Of a DNA stretch of 25,093 nt, positions 24,242 to 25,093 are shown in pieces. The notes under the pieces were generated by a model. It had not been told where the DNA came from and searched no databases. It saw nothing but the letters and a program-made list of their open reading frames with translations. The DNA is from a virus (Duplodnaviria; Caudoviricetes): the IMG/VR virus record IMGVR_UViG_3300028126_000018, positions 1-25,093 of that record, one strand, 5' to 3'. Numbering within the stretch: the stretch's first letter is position 1; every line of letters starts with the position of its first letter. The position numbers and the translations under genes are program-made.

Positions 24242-25092
24242 AAAAACATTGTTACTCCACCGTCCTGCTCTTCTTTAGCACAGTAGGCAGTAATTGCTAG
24301 ACTCATAACCATATCATCGTGCTTACCATCCGTGTTGCTAAACTGAAGGTTTCCTGTGATTGGGTTACGCTTACTCTTAAAATCGTAAAGCTCCTTTATC
24401 AATTCTTCATTGTTTGGAATTTTGATGTTACCATCCTCAAACTGCTTGATGAGATTTCTGATAATCTCAGGCTTTGTTTTCGCTGAGGTAATAAAAGGAA
24501 TCATCTTGTATAATCTCTCATCGTCTGTAAGGTCGTCAAACAACAGGTCGTTGTTATTGACCTCAAAGTAACAGGCTGATAGCTTATCATCGTGCTTGAG
24601 GTAAAAGCTTTTTATCCTTTCTTTAAACTCCTCATAGTCCATACCCTCTTCCTTATAGTTGAACCTGTGTATGTCTATGATTTCATTGTGTTCGTTCATT
24701 GCAGTCATTACGGTATAATCCTGAGCGACACCAATATCCATACCGATATAAACTCTCTCGTAAGGGGTGTTTAGTTGCGGTACTACCGACTCTTCGATAT
24801 TACTGAATAGTGCATTAGCACTTACAGGTTTGCATAAATACTCTTGGTCGAACTGTGCCTTGGTCATACTTTTCTTTACCCCTGCTACCGTTCTCTCCAC
24901 ATCCCTATCATCAAGGTCTAGGTAAGTCTTCTTGATAGACTTAATCTCTTCCCAATTTGATTTACTCTGTCCGTCCTTGTATCTATCGAAGTACCAATTA
25001 GGACCGTTGAACGTACTTGACATAAATACCCTACCTTTTGTCCTAGTAACCATAGGAAGGAGTACCTCGTTGATAAAGTCTAACTTCATATA
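24238..25092 (-). CDS. terL: Terminase large subunit, C-terminal part (5'-truncated by the window edge)
   Basis: MSSTF.G.NWY coupling motif, F.QEY.C, IGMDIG...DYTV (RNase H-like nuclease), EVNN and G.HDD.VMSLA. The frame is open to the window end. Confidence 0.93.
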   Translation of the reverse strand, partial: YMKLDFINEVLLPMVTRTKGRVFMSSTFNGPNWYFDRYKDGQSKSNWEEIKSIKKTYLDLDDRDVERTVAGVKKSMTKAQFDQEYLCKPVSANALFSNIEESVVPQLNTPYERVYIGMDIGVAQDYTVMTAMNEHNEIIDIHRFNYKEEGMDYEEFKERIKSFYLKHDDKLSACYFEVNNNDLLFDDLTDDERLYKMIPFITSAKTKPEIIRNLIKQFEDGNIKIPNNEELIKELYDFKSKRNPITGNLQFSNTDGKHDDMVMSLAITAYCAKEEQDGGVTMFL

Positions 25093-25093
25093 T

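Noticed and set aside
681-24774. Other short antisense or nested ORFs in the track (e.g. 906..1139, 1436..1720, 15512..15931, 17700..17990)
   Set aside because: They lie within well-supported genes and show no recognisable motifs.
1-25093. Stop-codon reassignment (as in some Bacteroidota phages)
   Set aside because: Genes are full-length under the standard code, and TAG (18781, 23073), TGA (346, 873) and TAA all act as stops.
1-25093. CRISPR array, tRNA, integrase or IS element
   Set aside because: Intergenic gaps are all short (under about 70 nt), with no spaced repeats, cloverleaf or recombinase/transposase motifs.

Overview
This window is a 25 kb piece of a tailed dsDNA phage genome. It is AT-rich, and start codons sit in A-rich contexts without Shine-Dalgarno motifs. 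The gene families resemble those of marine Flavobacteria/Bacteroidota siphoviruses, so that host is inferred. There are two convergent blocks. The + strand block (1-3830) holds the end of a T7 gp4/Twinkle-type helicase, an Nmad1/DUF1599-like protein, a PD-(D/E)XK nuclease, a RusA-like resolvase, a small T4 gp55-like sigma factor and a lysis cassette (amidase endolysin, holin). The - strand block (3824-25093) is the morphogenesis operon in an unusual order: terminase large subunit, tail completion genes, tape measure, tail tip, prohead protease, major capsid, two tail-tube paralogs, two fibre/spike cassettes, and only then portal, head-tail adaptor and a second holin-like gene. Four signals stand out. 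(1) An exact 10-mer, TTGTAAATTA, occurs at seven gene junctions, always in the sense orientation; it is a candidate late promoter for the gp55-like sigma, and a possible gp33-like coactivator gene lies next to the sigma. (2) A standalone 41-aa peptide between endolysin and holin ends in CSIDNPECEACGS, which resembles the redox-active C-terminal tail of class I ribonucleotide reductase. (3) The fibre cassettes are duplicated, with one fused and one split architecture. (4) GATC and several other 4-mers appear to be avoided. All family assignments come from motif recognition by eye, not database searches.
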